Assembly (NCBI GenBank): GCA_031581365.1
Contig: JAVLBI010000006.1
Coordinates: forward strand, 1,858 to 65,857
Origin: Spiribacter sp.
GTDB lineage: Bacteria > Pseudomonadota > Gammaproteobacteria > Nitrococcales > Nitrococcaceae
DNA: 64,000 nt
Reading direction: 5' to 3'
The notes under the pieces: generated by a model
The model's database searches: none
Told to the model about the DNA's origin: nothing
The model's input: only the letters and a program-made list of their open reading frames with translations
In this document: positions 60,157 through 64,000 of the stretch, one piece after another
How positions within the stretch are numbered: position 1 is the stretch's first letter
Layout of the letters: every line of letters starts with the position of its first letter
Position numbers and translations under genes: made by a program

Positions 60157-62448
60157 ATGGCAGAGGATTTTAAACACAGCGCGCTGGAATACCACCGTTA
60201 TCCCACGCCCGGCAAAATAGAAGTCGCTCCGACAAAACCGCTAGCCAACCAGCGTGATTTAGCGCTGGCCTACAGCCCCGGCGTGGCAGCGGCTTGCGAG
60301 GCGATTGCTGAGGATGAGCGTGAAGCTGCCAATTTAACGGCTCGCGGTAATTTGGTGGGCGTAATTACCAACGGCACCGCCGTGCTTGGCCTAGGCGCCA
60401 TTGGCCCGCTCGCCTCCAAGCCGGTCATGGAAGGTAAGGGTGTGTTGTTTAAAAAGTTTGCCGGCATCGATGTGTTCGATATTGAAATCAATGAAACCGA
60501 TGCCGATAAACTCGTTGAGACCATTGCTCGGCTTGAGCCTACGTTTGGTGGTATCAACCTCGAGGACATTAAGGCGCCCGAGTGCTTTGAAGTCGAAGCG
60601 AAGCTGCGCGAGCGCATGAATATCCCCGTATTTCATGATGACCAGCATGGCACGGCAATTACGGCAGCAGCGGCGATCTACAATGGCTTACGTCTCGTTG
60701 GCAAGCGTTTTGAGGAGGTAAAACTCGTAACCTCAGGCGCCGGCGCCTCAGCGGTGGCCTGCCTTGATTTGCTCGTCTCAATGGGCCTAAAACCTGAGAA
60801 CATCATCGTTACTGACCGCCAAGGCGTCATCTATAAGGGCCGCACAGAATACATGGATGAGCGCAAAGGCGTTTATGCCGCCGATACCGACGCCCGCACA
60901 TTAGCTGATGCGCTACCCGGAGCAGATATCTTTCTTGGTTTATCCGCCCCCGGTGTGCTGAGTGGCGAAATGGTTGCCAGCATGGCGGATAAACCCATGA
61001 TCATGGCACTTGCCAACCCAACGCCAGAAATTTGGCCGGAGGATGCACTCGCGGCAAAACCTGATGCGATCATCTCAACAGGGCGCTCGGATTACCCCAA
61101 TCAAGTCAATAATGTGCTCTGTTTTCCGTTCATTTTCCGTGGTGCATTGGATGTGGGCGCAACCACCATTAATGACGAAATGAAAAAGGCCTGCGTGCGT
61201 GCCATTGCCGATTTGGCCACACTCGAGTCATCCGATGTTGTGGTCGCGGCCTACGGCGGCAAACCTCTGTCCTTTGGTGCCGATTACCTCATTCCTAAGC
61301 CCTTTGATCCGCGCTTAATTACCCGCATTGCGCCCGAAGTAGCCCGCGCCGCCATGGAAAGTGGTGTTGCCACCCGGCCTATTACCGATTTCATTGCCTA
61401 CCGCCGACGTCTATCGGATTATGTCTTCCAGTCAGGCCTGCTGATGAAGCCGCTTTTTGAGCGCGCTAGCCAGAACCCCAAACGCGTGGTTTACGGAGAT
61501 GGTGAGGATGAGCGGATACTTCAAGCCATCCAGGTGGTCATCGACGATAGCCTAGCCAAGCCCATTATTATTGGCCGTCGGCGTGTCGTCGAAATGCGCG
61601 TTAAGCGCTTAGGTCTGCGGCTGAACCTGGAAACGGATCTTGAGTTAGTCGACCCCGAGGATGACCCCCGCTTTAAAGCGTACTGGCAGCTCTACCACTC
61701 GCTTATGGAGCGGCGCGGCGTCAGTCCTGATCGTGCGCGGCAAATTGTACGCACCCGCAACACGGTCATTGCCGCATTAATGGTCCGCCGTGGCGAAGCC
61801 GATGCGGTGCTATCTGGCGCCATTGGTAAGTACCACCGGCATCTGGATTACGTGAATGAAGTACTAGGACGGCGTACGGGCGTACGTAACTTAGCAGCAA
61901 TGAACGCCATTATTTCACCCAAGGGGACACTGTTTTTATGTGACACCTATGTCAACCAAGACCCCAGTGCTCATCAAATTGCAGAAATGACCGTGCTTGC
62001 GGCTGATGAAATCCGCCGCTTTGGTATGGAGCCAAAAGTAGCACTGCTCTCGCATAGCAACTTCGGTAGTTCAGATGCACAAGATGCGATAAAGATGCGT
62101 GAGGCCCTGCAGCTTATTCAAGACCGTGACTCCAGTCTTGAAGTCGATGGTGAGATGCACGGCGATGCCGCGCTCAATGAAGAAATTCGTCGACGTATTT
62201 TCCCCAACTCACACCTCGAGGGACAAGCGAATCTGCTGATCATGCCCACGCTAGATGCCGCAAATATTGCCTTTAACCTGCTAAAAACGGTCACTGATGC
62301 CGTGTCCATCGGGCCCATTACACTTGGCATGTCGAGGCCCGCGCATATCCTGACACCCTCGGTTACCGTTCGCGGCGTGGTTAACCTGACAGCACTTGCC
62401 TGTGTAGAGGCGGCGATGGCTGAAGATAAAGAGGAAAAAACACCATGA
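60157..62448 (+). CDS. maeB: NADP-dependent malic enzyme with a PTA-like C-terminal domain
   Basis: [64 protein letters not shown]. Confidence 0.96.
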   Translation: MAEDFKHSALEYHRYPTPGKIEVAPTKPLANQRDLALAYSPGVAAACEAIAEDEREAANLTARGNLVGVITNGTAVLGLGAIGPLASKPVMEGKGVLFKKFAGIDVFDIEINETDADKLVETIARLEPTFGGINLEDIKAPECFEVEAKLRERMNIPVFHDDQHGTAITAAAAIYNGLRLVGKRFEEVKLVTSGAGASAVACLDLLVSMGLKPENIIVTDRQGVIYKGRTEYMDERKGVYAADTDARTLADALPGADIFLGLSAPGVLSGEMVASMADKPMIMALANPTPEIWPEDALAAKPDAIISTGRSDYPNQVNNVLCFPFIFRGALDVGATTINDEMKKACVRAIADLATLESSDVVVAAYGGKPLSFGADYLIPKPFDPRLITRIAPEVARAAMESGVATRPITDFIAYRRRLSDYVFQSGLLMKPLFERASQNPKRVVYGDGEDERILQAIQVVIDDSLAKPIIIGRRRVVEMRVKRLGLRLNLETDLELVDPEDDPRFKAYWQLYHSLMERRGVSPDRARQIVRTRNTVIAALMVRRGEADAVLSGAIGKYHRHLDYVNEVLGRRTGVRNLAAMNAIISPKGTLFLCDTYVNQDPSAHQIAEMTVLAADEIRRFGMEPKVALLSHSNFGSSDAQDAIKMREALQLIQDRDSSLEVDGEMHGDAALNEEIRRRIFPNSHLEGQANLLIMPTLDAANIAFNLLKTVTDAVSIGPITLGMSRPAHILTPSVTVRGVVNLTALACVEAAMAEDKEEKTP

Positions 62449-63422
62449 CTGAGGCGATATGTGTTCACGCATTTGGCGGACCTGAAGCACTAAAACAGGA
62501 AACAATCGAGGTTGGCGAGCCTGGCCCTGGCCAAATTCGTCTGCGCCAGACCCATATTGGTGTTAACTACATCGATGTTTATTTTCGTAATGGTGTGTAT
62601 CAGCCGGCAGCCATGCCGTTTACACCTGGCGTAGAGGCGGCTGGCGAGATCACTGCCGTCGGCGCGGGCGTTAGCGGTCTCAAATGCGGCCAACGTGTCG
62701 CTTATGCGGCCCGGCCGCCAGGCGCTTACACGAGTGATCGGGTGATCGCTGCCGATAGTGTAGTGGCCTTGCCCGATGAACTCTCCAATGCCCAAGCCGC
62801 CGCCATGATGCTCAAAGGCATGACCGCTTATATGTTGCTCGCGCAGGTGTATACCGTACGCGCTGGCGATAGCGTGCTCATCCATGCTGCAGCTGGCGGT
62901 GTTGGGCTAATTGCTTGCCAATGGGCTCGGCATCTTGGCGCGACCGTTATTGGGACGGTGGGCAGCGCTGAAAAAGCTGAGCTTGCCAAAGCCCATGGTT
63001 GTCATCATCCCATTCTCTATCGCGACGAAGCCCTCGTTGAGCGGGTTAACGCGATTACTAAGGGCGCTGGCGTCGCCGCGGTCTACGATTCAGTGGGCGC
63101 CGATACGCTAAAAGATTCTCTAGCCTGCTTAGCTCGCCGCGGCATGTTAGTGAGCTTTGGTCAGTCCTCGGGCAAACCACCTGCGATTGAAGTCGGTGAG
63201 CTTGCCGCTGGCGGTTCGCTATTTCTAACTCGACCGACGCTTTTTGATTACATTAACGAGCCAGCCGCATTACAGGCGTCAGCCAACGCCTTATTTGAAG
63301 TGGTTCGCGCTGGTGCGGTCAATATTTGTGTAGGGGGCGAATGGCCACTGGCTCAGGCCGCTGATGCGCACCGCGCCCTCGAAGCCCGGCAAACGACCGG
63401 GTCATCTTTGTTGGTGGTCTAG
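62445..63422 (+). CDS. qor: NADPH:quinone oxidoreductase (zeta-crystallin family)
   Basis: GVNYIDVYFRNG, LIHAAAGGVG, VSFGQSSG, GSLFLTRPTL, RQTTGS. Confidence 0.92.
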   Translation: MTEAICVHAFGGPEALKQETIEVGEPGPGQIRLRQTHIGVNYIDVYFRNGVYQPAAMPFTPGVEAAGEITAVGAGVSGLKCGQRVAYAARPPGAYTSDRVIAADSVVALPDELSNAQAAAMMLKGMTAYMLLAQVYTVRAGDSVLIHAAAGGVGLIACQWARHLGATVIGTVGSAEKAELAKAHGCHHPILYRDEALVERVNAITKGAGVAAVYDSVGADTLKDSLACLARRGMLVSFGQSSGKPPAIEVGELAAGGSLFLTRPTLFDYINEPAALQASANALFEVVRAGAVNICVGGEWPLAQAADAHRALEARQTTGSSLLVV

Positions 63423-64000
63423 CGCACGCCGATAGGCAGCACGCGCTTGATCGGGCTCGTCGAGTTGCTCATAGAGTTCGGCTAAGCGCCGATCCACCTC
63501 CGGCGCATCACTGCGCGCAGCCGCGGCTTCAAGAAAACTTTTCGCCTGACCCCACAGGGCACAGGCACTGGCTTGCCGGGCCGCTGCAACCAGCAAGGTC
63601 GGATCGTCTGGGCGCTCTTTTAGCCAAGCCGTAATGCGCTTATAGGCCTGCTGCTCTGACGTCGTTGAGAGCTCGCCATACACGGCGACGAGCGCAGGCT
63701 CCCAGCTCGCGTCCAACCAACGCCGCAGCATGCGCTCAGCAACATCATCATGGCCTGCCGTTATTAATGCGCGGGCATAACAAACGCGTAATCCTGGATC
63801 ACGCCGTCGCGGCCGCGGCAGCGCACGCCAAATGCGGGCGAGTTCATCGGTGCTTGGGGTCTCACCCAAGGCCTCAAACTCACGCACTAACGTGCGTTTT
63901 TCGATCAGCTGAACTTCCTCGTCGCTTAGCGCTTGTTGCTTACGTAGTTCAGGCAACAAAGCGGCCAAACCGTCCTGATCATCAAGCGCCTGCATCGCTC
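63402..64000 (-). CDS. hemY: HemY-like TPR protein, C-terminal part (5'-truncated by the window edge)
   Basis: Frame open to the window end; IWRALPR, WEPALVAVYG, WLKERPDDPTLL, LWGQAKSFLEAA, LAELYEQL match HemY C-termini. Confidence 0.75.
   Translation of the reverse strand, partial: AMQALDDQDGLAALLPELRKQQALSDEEVQLIEKRTLVREFEALGETPSTDELARIWRALPRPRRRDPGLRVCYARALITAGHDDVAERMLRRWLDASWEPALVAVYGELSTTSEQQAYKRITAWLKERPDDPTLLVAAARQASACALWGQAKSFLEAAAARSDAPEVDRRLAELYEQLDEPDQARAAYRRALDHQQR

Overview
About 61 CDSs, very densely packed, in a core-genome window of a gammaproteobacterium. The gene set, the very short intergenic spaces and an acidic periplasmic PhnD fit a streamlined halophile such as the Ectothiorhodospiraceae; this is inference, no search was run. 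Left to right: a partial transglutaminase-like gene; a Pho-box-preceded phnD-phnC-phnE-phnE transporter head-to-head with arsC-arsR-arsH; two convergent isocitrate-lyase-superfamily genes (an unassigned KKCGH lyase and aceA) with a LysR regulator; a stand-alone MotA/MotB-like pair; a six-gene membrane operon (AI-2E, Cys-rich oxidoreductase-like peptide, Pam18-like J protein, CidA, LrgB, DUF4139); djlA; sucA-sucB-lpdA-prpC-prpD; def-fmt-rsmB-DUF4390-ntrY-ntrX-trkA-trkH-dtd-hisBHAFIE-tatABC; a LysM-less TsaP-like gene, dprA, smg, topA, tsaC; moaE-moaA; hemF; a 15.7-kb run aceE-aceF-lpdA-(FabH-like)-gdhB-(YbfF-like)-maeB-qor; and a partial hemY. I saw no rRNA, tRNA, CRISPR array, integrase or transposase. 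Best leads: (1) a FabH-fold protein that keeps the catalytic Cys but has Thr/Tyr in place of the His/Asn pair, lying with a YbfF/ABHD11-type hydrolase in the pyruvate dehydrogenase gene run; (2) a MotAB/ZorAB-like ion-motor pair with a long periplasmic coiled coil and no flagellar, Tol/Ton or Zorya partner; (3) the phosphate/arsenic divergent locus with no efflux pump and no C-P lyase. All product calls come from motif recognition by eye.
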